A stretch of DNA of 64,000 nt from an uncultured Actinomycetes bacterium (GCA_963737605.1 CAVTTE010000012.1:201744-265743); one strand, 5' to 3'. Counted from the stretch's first letter, positions 51,732-60,939 are shown. Numbers and translations: made by a program. The notes: generated by a model from the sequence alone, not told the origin.

Positions 51732-52673
51732 CCACGTTCGGCCTCCAGCTCCCGAACTTCACGTTCTCGGGGGTGCCCGACGACGAGATGTTCGAGCACG
51801 TCGCCGGGCTCGCCGAAGCGGGCGAGGAGGCGGGGTTCGAATCGCTCTGGGTCATGGACCACTTCTGGCAGCTGCCGCCCCTCGGCGGCCCGACCCAGCC
51901 GATGCTCGAGGGCTACACGCTGCTCGGCGGGCTGGCCGCGCGCACGAGCCGGGCGAAGCTCGGCACGCTCGTGACGGGCGTGACGTACCGCAACCCGGCG
52001 CTCCTGGCGAAGATGGTCACGACGCTGGACATCGTCTCGGGCGGGCGGGCGATCCTCGGCATCGGCGCGGCGTGGTACGAGGAGGAGCACGACGGCCTCG
52101 GATTCGAGTTCCCGACCGCGGGCGAGCGCCTCGACCGTCTCGAGGAGGCGCTGCAGATCTGCCGGGCGATGTTCACGGAGGAAGCTCCGAGCTTCGCCGG
52201 CACGCACTACCGGATCGAGAAGGCGCTGAACGTGCCCCGCCCGATCCAGGAGAACGGTCCGAGGATCATGGTCGGCGGCAGCGGCGAGAAGCGCACCTTG
52301 CGCCTCGTCGCCCAGTACGCCGACATGTGCAACGTCAACGGCGGTCCCGACACCGTGCGTCATCTGCTCGGCGTGCTCGACCGGCACTGCGCCGACGTCG
52401 GCCGCGACCCGGGCGAGATCACGAGGACCCGTCTCGCGTCGTTGTTCCTGACGTCCTCGCCCGAGGAGACGGAGCGGACCTCGGGGTTCCTGCGCGACGC
52501 GGCCGGAGCGGAGTTCGAGGAGCGCTTCAACGTCGGCGAGCCGGCAGCGATCGTCGATCAGGTCGGCGCGCTCGTCGACGCCGGGCTCGACGAGCTGATC
52601 TTCAACATGCCGTTCGCGGACCCGGCAGACGGTGCGACGCGCCGGCGAGCTGCTCGTCTCCCGATTCGGGTAG
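51728..52673 (+). CDS. LLM-class F420-dependent oxidoreductase (one frameshift near ~52625)
   Basis: ORF 51527..52882 from ATG 51728 (TFGLQLPNF, GFESLWVMDHFWQ, ILGIGAAWYEEEH), with a last frame ending QTVRRAGELLVSRFG*. The ATG overlaps the nucleosidase stop (ATGA). Confidence 0.85.
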
Positions 52674-52737
52674 CCGGGGAGCCGGGCCTCGCTGGCGGAG
52701 GTCCGGGCTCCGTGGACTGCGGCAGTAGTTTCTGCAG

Positions 52738-53568
52738 GTGGCCACTCTCGCCGAGCGCCTCGGCTATGCACCCGACGCCAAGCTGCTCGTCGTCAACTGC
52801 GACGACCTCGGCTCGACGCGTTCGGCCAACGTCGCCGTGTACGACGCGCTGCGCAACGGCGTCGCGACCAGCGCCTCGCTGATGGTGCCGTGCCCCTGGG
52901 CCCGTGACGCCGCGGCGCAGTACCGGGGCGAGGACGTCGGCGTGCACCTCACCCTGAACTCCGAGTGGGAGACGTACCGCTGGGGACCGATCACGCAGTC
53001 GTCGAGCCTGCTCGACGGCGACGGGGGCTTCCCCCGCACGGTCGAGGACACGTGGGACCACGCCGATCTCGACGAGGTCCGCCGGGAATGCCGGGCGCAG
53101 ATCGAGCGGGCGATCATGTGGGGCTTCGACGTGAGCCACCTCGACAGCCACATGGGGACGCTCCAGCAGCGCGCCGACTTCTTCGACGTGTACCTCGAGC
53201 TGGCGGTCGACTTCCGGCTCCCGCTCCGCATGGCGGGCGCCAGCGCCGAGCGCGTCGTCGGGTTCCCGTTCCGACGACTCGCAGACGAAGAAGGCGTCGT
53301 GTTCCCCGATCACTTCGTGCTGTGCCCGGTCGGCGCGCGGCGACGGATCGAGCGGGTCCTCTTCGACCTGCGGCCGGGCGTCACCGAGGTGTACCTGCAC
53401 CCGGGCATCGACACGGACGAGCTGCGCGCCGCGTACGGCGACTGGGCGGGACGGGTCGAGGACCACGCCTACCTGTGCGAGGACCCGTCGCTGCGCGACC
53501 TCGTAGATCGGGCGGGAGTGCAGCTCATCGGCTACCGGCAGCTGCGCGAGCTCCAGCGCGCCGCGTGA
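52738..53568 (+). CDS. ChbG/HpnK (YdjC-like) family carbohydrate deacetylase
   Basis: Intact ORF 52738..53568 (LLVVNCDDLGSTRSANVA, GVHLTLNSEW, SHLDSHMG, EVYLHPG). Confidence 0.8.
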   Translation: MATLAERLGYAPDAKLLVVNCDDLGSTRSANVAVYDALRNGVATSASLMVPCPWARDAAAQYRGEDVGVHLTLNSEWETYRWGPITQSSSLLDGDGGFPRTVEDTWDHADLDEVRRECRAQIERAIMWGFDVSHLDSHMGTLQQRADFFDVYLELAVDFRLPLRMAGASAERVVGFPFRRLADEEGVVFPDHFVLCPVGARRRIERVLFDLRPGVTEVYLHPGIDTDELRAAYGDWAGRVEDHAYLCEDPSLRDLVDRAGVQLIGYRQLRELQRAA

Positions 53569-54369
53569 CGCTTGCGCCGGACGGGCTCGCCCGGCTCGTC
53601 TCGGCGGCGCTGCCGGACGAAGGGTTGACGGCCGCCGATCTCGAGACGTGCTGCTACGGGCCCGACACGGAGATTCTCGGGGACGCCGACGCCGCCGCCG
53701 TCCTCAGCGTGAAGGGATCCGGCGGCCTGGCGGCGGCGTGGCTCGTGCTCCTCGTCGTGCATCCCGACCGCCGCCGCCGGGGCCGGGGCCGGGCCCTCGT
53801 CGTCGAGAGCGCGGCGCGGGCGCGCGCCGCCGGTGCCGATCGACATGCACCTCGGCACCGCGATCCCGCGCTACGTCTGGCCCGGCGTCGACTTCCGCTT
53901 CACGGCGGCCCTCGCCCTGTTCGAGGCCACCGGCTTCGAGCCGTACGGCGCCGCGTGCAACATGGCGATCCCGACGAGCTTCCGGGCCGACTCCCCCGCC
54001 GGCGTCGTCGTCGAGCGCGAACACGGTGAGGGCGCGGCGGCGCTCGCGTCCCGGTGTTTCCCGCACTGGCTCGACGAGGTCGAACGCGCCGTTGCCGCCG
54101 GCACCTGCTACGCGGCGCGCGCCGGAGGCCACACCATCGGCTTCGCGTGCCACTCGGTGAACAGGACCGGCTGGATCGGCCCGATGGCCACCGATCCCGA
54201 GCGCCAGCGCGGCGGCGTCGGCCGGGCGCTGCTCGGCGCGGTCTGCGCTTCGCTCGCGGCCGCGGGCCACGCCGAGGCCGACATCGCCTGGGTCGGCCCC
54301 ATCGGCTTCTACGCCAAGGCGGGCGCGGTGGTCAGCCGCGTGTTCCGCAACGCCAAGCTGACGCTCTGA
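53565..54369 (+). CDS. GNAT family N-acetyltransferase (one frameshift near ~53830)
   Basis: Tail of ORF 52965..54029 (VVHPDRRRRGRGRALV) and ORF 53833..54369 (GPMATDPERQRGGVGRALLGAV, FYAKAGA). The GTG start overlaps the ChbG stop (GTGA). Confidence 0.7.
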
Positions 54370-54385
54370 TCGTTACGGGCGCGGC

Positions 54386-54772
54386 TCAGTACTCGGTGAT
54401 CTCCCGGACCTGCTCCTGGAGCTCCTTGTACTCGGGCGAGTTCGTGAGCGGCATGAGCTGCATGAGCTTGCCCATGTTGCCGGTCACCTTCATGCGTCCC
54501 TGCATGAACGCGGCGTTGGCGTCGAGCTCGCCCTTCTGGACCTTCACGGAGTCGTCGTAGGTGAGCGTGAGCGTGAAGTCGGCGTCGGAGATCTCCCCGA
54601 TCTTCGACTCGAGCAGCTTCCCGTTCTCGAGCACCCAGTAGTACTTGATGTCGCCGTCGGGGCCGCCGGTCACCACGTACTGCATCCGGGCGCTGGCGCC
54701 CGGGCGGTCAGGCTGGCCCTCGGCGAGCTTCGTGCCTTCGTCGAGCCACTCCTGGGAGAGGTACTTGGGCAT
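54386..54772 (-). CDS. SCP2 sterol-carrier domain protein
   Basis: Intact ORF 54386..54772 (FTLTLTYDDSVKVQKGELDANAAFMQGRMKVTGNMGKLMQL). Confidence 0.8.
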   Translation of the reverse strand: MPKYLSQEWLDEGTKLAEGQPDRPGASARMQYVVTGGPDGDIKYYWVLENGKLLESKIGEISDADFTLTLTYDDSVKVQKGELDANAAFMQGRMKVTGNMGKLMQLMPLTNSPEYKELQEQVREITEY

Positions 54773-54805
54773 CGCGCGGTCCTCCCTTGCTCCTGGTGCC
54801 GCGGA

Positions 54806-55630
54806 TCATAGAACCGAGTCAGGACCGGTGCTGACGGGCGTCTGACTGGCTGCCGGCCCCGACCGTCTCGCCGTCGCCGGCCGAGCCGCGCGCAGAGCGC
54901 GCGTGCGATTGGTCGCGGTCGGCATGTGACTCGCGGCGCGACCGCCGAACACGTCGACCGACGCGTCATCGGGAGGGATGCCGAACGCGGCGTCGACCGT
55001 CGCCGTGTACCAGCGCCGGATGGGCTTGGGTGTCGGCTCGTCACCCCGACCGACTGCGGCCCACCACAGGCGCTTGATGCCCCTGTCGCAGCGGACGAGC
55101 GACCACGCCCCCGCTCGAGCGATCGCCGCGCCCAGCGCACTCAGCGCGGCGCCCACGCGGGCAGCCCCCCGTGCGACCACCCGCCCCGTTACCGACCAGA
55201 GCCGATGCATCCCGGCGCGGTACAGCACGAGGGCCCGGAGACCGCCACTGACCAGCACCGTCCACAGCGACGTCAGGCCTGCGCCCACGTGAGCGAGCGT
55301 CCACACGAACGCGTGCCCGACCGCAGACCACACCCAGTGCATCGCGGCGCGGTACACGACCAGCGCCCGCAGGCCGCCACGCACCAGCACCATCCACAGC
55401 GACGTCAACCACACGCCCACGTGAGCGAGCGTCCACACGGACGCGTGCCCTACCGCAGACCACAACCAGTGCATCGCGGCGCGGTACCGGACGAGCGCCG
55501 CGTCCGTGGCGCGCGCCGTCCACGACGAGAACCACGCCACGCTCGCTGCCGAACGCGCCACGAGCCATCCCAGCGCGGCACCCACTCTCGACCACACCCA
55601 GGTCATGCCGGCGCCGTAGTACGCAAGCAT
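54806..55630 (-). CDS. Trp-rich protein composed of ~nine 22-residue repeats (unrecognised family); possibly fused to the upstream 2-TM ORF
   Basis: ORF 54806..55873 from ATG 55630 (MLAYYGAGMTWVWSRV...). It has 22-aa periodicity and two near-identical 44-aa units. GC3 is high in this frame, and the opposite-strand ORF is Arg/Pro/His-rich text. Confidence 0.6.
   Translation of the reverse strand: MLAYYGAGMTWVWSRVGAALGWLVARSAASVAWFSSWTARATDAALVRYRAAMHWLWSAVGHASVWTLAHVGVWLTSLWMVLVRGGLRALVVYRAAMHWVWSAVGHAFVWTLAHVGAGLTSLWTVLVSGGLRALVLYRAGMHRLWSVTGRVVARGAARVGAALSALGAAIARAGAWSLVRCDRGIKRLWWAAVGRGDEPTPKPIRRWYTATVDAAFGIPPDDASVDVFGGRAASHMPTATNRTRALRAARPATARRSGPAASQTPVSTGPDSVL
55073..55620. repeat. 132-bp tandem repeat array inside the coding sequence (two well-conserved central copies, decayed flanking copies)
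   Basis: Copies 55205-55336 and 55337-55468 match at 113 of 132 positions by hand alignment. Copy 55469-55600 keeps the unit ends (gtgcatcgcggcgcggtac...gaccacacccag). The outer units are recognisable only at the protein level. Confidence 0.8.
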
Positions 55631-55911
55631 CCAACCGAGCGCGCGACCGACTCGTCGTCGCGCCGCGCCCGATGACTCCGCGCATGTACTCGCTTCGGAA
55701 CCGGTGGAACCGTCTCGACCCACTTGTCGAAGTCGAACACCACCAGCACGAACAGCGTCAGCGACGCCATCGCGAACGCGAAGAACAACGCCCCCTGACC
55801 GGCACCGAAACTTGCGACGCCGTCTTCGGAGAGAAGACGAGCGAGCACGGCGGACGCGACGATGACCGCGCACGCCGTGACTTTGACGATCAGCTGTGTT
55901 CGGCGTTTCAC
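55603..55911 (-). CDS. Small two-transmembrane-segment protein (or N-terminal module of the Trp-repeat protein)
   Basis: ORF 55603..55986 from GTG 55911 (VKRRTQLIVKVTACAVIVASAVLARLL...GALFFAFAMASLTLFVLVVFDFDKW). It overlaps the next ORF by 28 nt in a different frame. Confidence 0.5.
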   Translation of the reverse strand: MKRRTQLIVKVTACAVIVASAVLARLLSEDGVASFGAGQGALFFAFAMASLTLFVLVVFDFDKWVETVPPVPKRVHARSHRARRDDESVARSVGCLRTTAPA

Positions 55912-56065
55912 GCTGCTTCGAGACCTATCACTATCCGTGTTGCTGGCGCGCGGCGTAAGGGTATGCGGTGCGCACTCCGGCGTCACGAGCGCCGCGTCAG
56001 GCGCCGCGCGGCGCCCCGGTCCGAAGCAGCTGGAGCTGGTGATCGACCTCGTACTTGGCGACGAG

Positions 56066-56350
56066 CTACTCCTGGCGCTTCAGGGTGAGCTGCGCGCCCT
56101 CGGTCGTCGGCTCGGTGTCCAGGACGGCGTCGGCGAGCGGCGCCGCGACCTCCGGGGCGACGAAATACCGGGTCTGCTCCACCTCGCCGACCTCGTCGCC
56201 GTCCTCGGGCTCCTCGACGAAATCGAACGCAAACGCCGCCTTGCCGTCGGAGACGCCGCGGAAGATGCGCAGACCGAAGTGATCGGGGACCCCGATCTGC
56301 GATCGGGTGTCGGCCAGTGTGGTTGCTGCACTCTCGGTGACCTGGAGCAT
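56066..56350 (-). CDS. HesB/IscA-like domain protein (no C-terminal Cys motif)
   Basis: ORF 56066..56464 from ATG 56350, preceded by GGAGGAGGAGG (MLQVTESAATTLADTRSQIGVPDHFGLRIFRG...FAFDFVEEPEDGDEV). Confidence 0.55.
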   Translation of the reverse strand: MLQVTESAATTLADTRSQIGVPDHFGLRIFRGVSDGKAAFAFDFVEEPEDGDEVGEVEQTRYFVAPEVAAPLADAVLDTEPTTEGAQLTLKRQE

Positions 56351-56435
56351 GGGCGCCTCCTCCTCCGAAGCGGGATCTGCACCCGCATGGGCGCAAACCG
56401 CGTCTCTACCCCGAGGAGCTCGCGACCATGCCGGC

Positions 56436-57371
56436 CTACCGGGCCAGGCGTTCCGTCCCCACACCCGTCCGGATCCCGGCGAAGAGATCGGTCTCGGGCT
56501 CGGCGGATTGGCCGGCGGGCACGCCGCCCTCGACGAGGGAGCGAGCCAGCACGTACTCCTCCCACGGGAACGTGCCCCGCACGACCTCGTCGGGCAGCTT
56601 CATCCAGAAGCCGTCCGGGTCGACCTGCGTGCGGTGGGCGAGGAGCGCGGCCCGGCGCCGGTCGAGGTACTCGCCGACGTCGACGTGCGTCGTGAACCGG
56701 TCGCCGTCGTCCGGGAAGCCGGCCTCGAACCAGCGCTCGAACGGGCTCTCGTGACCGTGCGCGAGGTAGGCCTCGTGCAACGCCAGCACGCGGCGCTTCG
56801 ACCAGCCCATGTAGTACATCTTCGACGGCTGCCACGGCTCGCCCGACTCGGGGAAGCGATCGGGGTCGCCGGCGGCGTCGAACGCCGGCCCCGAGATCTC
56901 GTGCACCCGGATGTGGTCGGGGTGCGGGTAGAACTCGCGGTCGTCGGCGTACGTCACGATGACCTGCGGCCGCTCGTCACGGATGATCGCGACGAGCCGT
57001 CCGACCGCCTCGTCGAGCGGCGCGTTGGCGAAATTGTCGGGCCGCGCGTTCGTCTCGGTGTCGGGCATGCCGGAGTCGTGGTACCCGAGGAGGTGCAGCG
57101 ACGAGTACCCGATGGCCTCGACGCTGGCGCGCAGCTCGGCCATGCGCACCTCGGCCAGGTTGTCCCGCACGTCGGGTGTGTCGGCGGCGGGGTTGAGGAT
57201 GTCGCCGGCCTCGCCACCGGTGCAGCACACGAGCACGCAGCGGATGCCCTCGGCGGTGTACTTGGCGACCGTGCCCGCGCCCTTCGACGCCTCGTCGTCG
57301 GGATGCGCGTGCACGGCGAGCAGGCACAGCGGGTTGCCGGCGTGGTCGCGGGGGGAGCAGCCATGCGGCAA
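56436..57371 (-). CDS. mca: Mycothiol S-conjugate amidase (LmbE/PIG-L deacetylase family); start uncertain
   Basis: Lower part of ORF 56436..58391 (LLAVHAHPDDEASKGAGTVAKY, TGGEAGDILNP, YPHPDHIRVHE, GEPWQPSKMYY, ETDLFAGI). This closely follows the Mca pattern. An ATG at ~57364 would be in frame if the G-run 57350-57355 were one base longer. Confidence 0.85.
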   Translation of the reverse strand: MPHGCSPRDHAGNPLCLLAVHAHPDDEASKGAGTVAKYTAEGIRCVLVCCTGGEAGDILNPAADTPDVRDNLAEVRMAELRASVEAIGYSSLHLLGYHDSGMPDTETNARPDNFANAPLDEAVGRLVAIIRDERPQVIVTYADDREFYPHPDHIRVHEISGPAFDAAGDPDRFPESGEPWQPSKMYYMGWSKRRVLALHEAYLAHGHESPFERWFEAGFPDDGDRFTTHVDVGEYLDRRRAALLAHRTQVDPDGFWMKLPDEVVRGTFPWEEYVLARSLVEGGVPAGQSAEPETDLFAGIRTGVGTERLAR

Positions 57372-57405
57372 CGAAGGTATCGCACCGCACCCCGGCCGCT
57401 GACCG

Positions 57406-58503
57406 CTACGACTCCGGTTCCGGCACGTGTTGCTCGGCGCGCTCGAGCGCCCAGATCTCGACCCGCCCGATGTCGCGGACTGCGGCGGCTGCGGAGCCGG
57501 TGCCAGACGAACGCAGGGTCGTCGCCCAGCGCGTCGCGGAACTCGCTCGACGCGAGCACGCTCCCGGGCCGGGCCCGCTCGACCAGCCGGCTCGCGAGGT
57601 TGACGACCGGGCCGTAGTAGTCGCCTTCCTGGGCGAGCACGGATCCGTAGGCGAGCCCGGCGCGCGCCTCGGGCAGCAGCTCGTCGACCGCCGACCGCTC
57701 GGTGAGGCGCAGCGCGATCCGGGCTGCGCTCGGCGGCGTCGGCGGCGACGAACATGACCTCGTCGCCGATCGTCTTGACGACCCGACCCCCGTGCTCGGC
57801 CACGGTGTCGTAGGCGAGCTCCTCGAACCGGCTCACGAGCGCGGCGAGCTCCTCGGGCTCGAGCTCCTGGCTCAGCGCGGTGTAGCCGACGAGGTCGACG
57901 AACCCGACCGCGAGCTCGGCGGCGCCGGTCGCCTGCGGGTCGCTCGCGGTGAGCTTGCGGCGCGACCGCGGCCCGGAGCTGGAGACGCAACCCGTAGTCG
58001 ATGAGATCGCGAGAGGCGAGGCCAGTCGAGCGCGTCGGTGACCTCGACGGCGATCGTCGTCCTCGGACACGCCCGGCTTCCGCGCCGGTCCTGCACCGCC
58101 TTCGACGAGCAGAGTCGCTCTCGACCTCGGCGATGCGGGCCAGCGCGCCGCCGAAGACGCGCACGATCTGCACGAGCTGCTCGTAGTCCTCCCCGAGACC
58201 GGCACGATCGTCGACTCGATCTGCTGACGCAGCGTGATGACGCGCCTCGACGTCCTCGTCGCGGAACAGCCGCGCGTCGGGCGGCGGGTCGGGGAACCCG
58301 AGGGCGCGCCAGAGCCGTCTGCGCCGTCTCGACGTCGAAGCTCGGCTCGGCGGCACGCCTCTGCGAACGTGTACCGCGGCCGGCCGGGCATCAGCTGGCT
58401 GGTCGAATGCGAGGAGCAGCAGCCTGCCCTCGCGCTCGGCTCGGGCGATCTCGTCGGGCGTCGCGCCCCGGCGGCGGAGGAACGAGCGCAGCTTGCGGTT
58501 CAT
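57406..58503 (-). CDS. Class III adenylate/guanylate cyclase with an N-terminal regulatory region (at least 7 frameshifts as assembled)
   Basis: Pieces of ORFs 57406..58503 (MNRKLRSFLRRRGATPDEIARAEREGRLLLLAFDQ; LWRALGFPDPPPDARLF), 56436..58391 (AVGFVDLVGYTALSQELEPEELAALVSRFEELAYDTVAEHGGRVVKTIGDEVMFVA) and 56954..57640 (LAQEGDYYGPVVNLASRLVERARPGSVLAS). Confidence 0.7.
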   Translation of the reverse strand: MNRKLRSFLRRRGATPDEIARAEREGRLLLLAFDQPADARPAAVHVRRGVPPSRASTSRRRRRLWRALGFPDPPPDARLFRDEDVEARHHAASADRVDDRAGLGEDYEQLVQIVRVFGGALARIAEVESDSARRRRCRTGAEAGRVRGRRSPSRSPTRSTGLASRDLIDYGLRLQLRAAVAPQAHRERPAGDRRRRARGRVRRPRRLHRAEPGARARGARRAREPVRGARLRHRGRARGSGRQDDRRRGHVRRRRRRRAQPGSRCASPSGRRSTSCCPRRAPGSPTDPCSPRKATTTARSSTSRAGWSSGPGPGACSRRASSATRWATTLRSSGTGSAAAAVRDIGRVEIWALERAEQHVPEPES

Positions 58504-58533
58504 CGGCCCCGCAGTGCGCCCCCTTGCTCCCGG

Positions 58534-59815
58534 CTAGGAGCGGAGGACGTCCTTCCACGCCACGTCGCGCGACACGTCGGGATCCTTGGGCAGGCCGAGG
58601 ACGCGCTCGCCGAGGATGTTGCGCATGATGTCGGACGTCCCGCCTTCGATCGTGTTGGCCTGGGCGCGCAGGAAGCCGCGCGCCAGCGTTCCACGGTCGT
58701 TGCCGTCGGCGAGCCAGGTGGGACGGCCGCGCTGGCCGCGCTCGCGCGTGCTCGCCCTCCCACGCCACGCCGCCGATGCCCTCGAGGTCGACGGCGAGCT
58801 TCTGGAGCCGCTGGTTGAACTCGGCCGACATGAGCTTGGTGATCGATCCTTCGGGCCCGACCTCGGCGCCGCTCTTGCGCTTCGCCGCCGCCCGCTCGTT
58901 GTTGAGCCGGATGAGCCGGCTCTCGATGTACGCCTGCGAGAGGCGCTGGCGGGCGAGCGGGTCGGTGACGCCATGGTGGCGTTCGAGGAGCCGCGACAAC
59001 GGGCTGCCGCCGACCGTGTCGCCGCTCACGGAGCCGGCGCCCGACAGCGAGACGCGCTCGTTCATGAGCGTCGTGATCGCGACCCGCCAGCCGTCGCCCT
59101 CCGGACCGATGCGCATCGAGTCGGGGACGCGGACGTTGTCGAAGAACACCTCGTTGAACTCGGCGTCGCCGGTGATCTGGACGAGCGGTCGCACGGTGAC
59201 CCCGGGCGCCTGCATGTCGACGATGAAGTACGTCAGCCCCTTGTGCTTCGGCACCGCGGGGTCCGTGCGGGCGAGCAGCATTCCCCATTTCGCGAGGTGG
59301 GCGAGGCTCGTCCAGACCTTCTGGCCGTTGACGACCCACTCGTCACCGTCGCGAACCGCACGCGTCGACAAGCCGGCGACGTCGGAGCCGGCGCCGGGCT
59401 CGCTGAACATCTGGCACCAGATCTCCTGGTTGGTCGCCAGCGGCCGCAGCAGACGCCGCCTCTGCTCCTCGTTGCCCCACGTGATGACGGTGGGGCCGCC
59501 CATCCCGATGCCGATGATGTTGAAGGGCCGCGGCACCCGGTAGTGGTTGAGCACCTCGTTGACGACCTTGGCCTGGCCGGGCGTGAGCGACAGCCCGGCG
59601 CCGTACTCGTTGGGCCACGTCGGCGTCGCGTACCCGGCCTCGCCGAAGCGGACGCACCACTCCGCGTAGTCGAGGTCGCGCCGCAGCGCCGAGACCTTCT
59701 CGTCGTCGCCGGCGTCGACCGCTTCCATCCAGCCCGGCGGCAGGTTGTCGCGCAGCCAGTCGAGCGTCTGCTCGCGCAGCTGCTCGGCGGTGATCTCGGG
59801 CGCTTCGACGGCCAT
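58534..59815 (-). CDS. Acyl-CoA dehydrogenase (one frameshift near ~58750)
   Basis: ORF 58391..59815 (CQMFSEPGAGSDVAGLSTRAVRDGDEWVVNGQKVWTS) continues in ORF 58534..58974 (RAQANTIEGGTSDIMRNILGERVLGLP). Confidence 0.85.
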
Positions 59816-59834
59816 GGCGGCATGGTACCGACCT

Positions 59835-59852
59835 CTTGACCGAACGGTCAGG
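59835..59852. promoter_or_regulatory. Operator-like palindrome CTTGACCG-AA-CGGTCAGG (member 3 of 3)
   Basis: The core TGACCG-AA-CGGTCA is perfect. It lies 20 nt upstream of the minus-strand ACAD start (59815) and 90 nt upstream of corA. Confidence 0.45.
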
Positions 59853-59941
59853 TTCCCGGCGCCGGCGGCTTTGCCGACCGGCGCCGCAGGAGCTGAGCCT
59901 GCGAAGGCGACCGATGATCAGACCGCCTCTACGCTGGCCCG

Positions 59942-60939
59942 GTGATTCGGGCCTGGGTGTACCGCGACGGGGTCGAAGGACACGAGGATGTCCCGAGTCG
60001 ACCGGCTCGCCGAGGCCATCGAGCCGAAGGAAGCCCTGCTGTGGGTCGACTGCGTGGACGCGACCCCGACGGAGCTCGACTCGCTCACGACACAGCTCCA
60101 GATCAGCCACATCGCCGCCGAGGACCTGCACAAGGGTGGGCAGCGCACCAAGCTCGAGCACTACCGCGAGCACTTCCACGTCGCGGTGCACGACTGCTAC
60201 CTCGTCGAGGACCGGCTGGTCACGAGGGAGATCGACATCGTGTTCGGCGACGGATGGGTGCTGTCGGTGCGCCAAGCCCAGCGACGAACCCGACCGACCC
60301 GGCGCCGTTCGAGCTCGACGCCGTGATTCGCCGCTTCGAGGTGGAGCGCAGCGAACGAGGCCGCCTGAACGACGAGGGCTTCCTGTCTGGGTCGTTCCTC
60401 GACGTCGATCGTCGACCGCTACTTCGACGTCGCCGACCGCTTCGACGACCGCCTCGACGAGGTCGAGGAGATCGTGTTCTCGGCGCAAACAGGAGACGAC
60501 ATCCCGAGGGAGGTCTTCGACCTGCGCCGCGGCATGGTGCATTTCCGCCGTGCGGTGGCGCCGCTGCGCGAGGTGCTGGCGGCACTGCTGAGGAAAGAGG
60601 CCGACCAGCATCGGCGGCGAGGCCGTCGTGCACATGCAGGACGTCTACGACCACGTCCTCCGGGTCACCGACTGGATCGAGACCCAGCGCGACCTGCTGA
60701 CCGGGTTGCTCGAAGCGGACCTCGCCGTCGTCTCGAACCGCATGAACCAGGTCATGAAGCGCATGACCTCCTGGGGAGCGATCCTCCTCGGGTCGACGCT
60801 CATCGCCGGGATCTACGGCATGAACTTCAAGGACATCCCCGAGCTCAACTGGACGTTCGGCTACCCGTTCGCGCTGGGCACGATGCTGGCGCTGACGATC
60901 TTCCTGTACACGTGGTTCAAGCGGCGGAACTGGCTGTGA
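59942..60939 (+). CDS. corA: CorA family magnesium/cobalt transporter (about 5 frameshifts as assembled)
   Basis: ORFs 59942..60700 (GTG start), 59988..60326, 59836..60591, 60474..61070 and 60628..60939 (WGAILLGSTLIAGIYGMNFKDIPEL; GMN motif; two C-terminal TMS). Confidence 0.85.

Noticed and set aside
55073-55620. Tandem repeats as a possible CRISPR array or minisatellite.
   Set aside because: The units are 132 bp, directly abutting with no spacers, in frame, and inside a credible coding sequence. No cas genes are present.
56001-56014. A perfect 14-bp palindrome, GCGCCGCGCGGCGC, downstream of the HesB-like gene.
   Set aside because: It consists of G and C only. Such palindromes arise easily in this composition, it has no loop and so makes a poor hairpin, and there is no positional argument for it.
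59853-59941. A possible Mg2+ riboswitch (M-box) in the corA leader.
   Set aside because: The leader is only about 90 nt and lacks the size and conserved helices of an M-box. The only structured element seen is the operator-like palindrome, which is shared with ACAD promoters.
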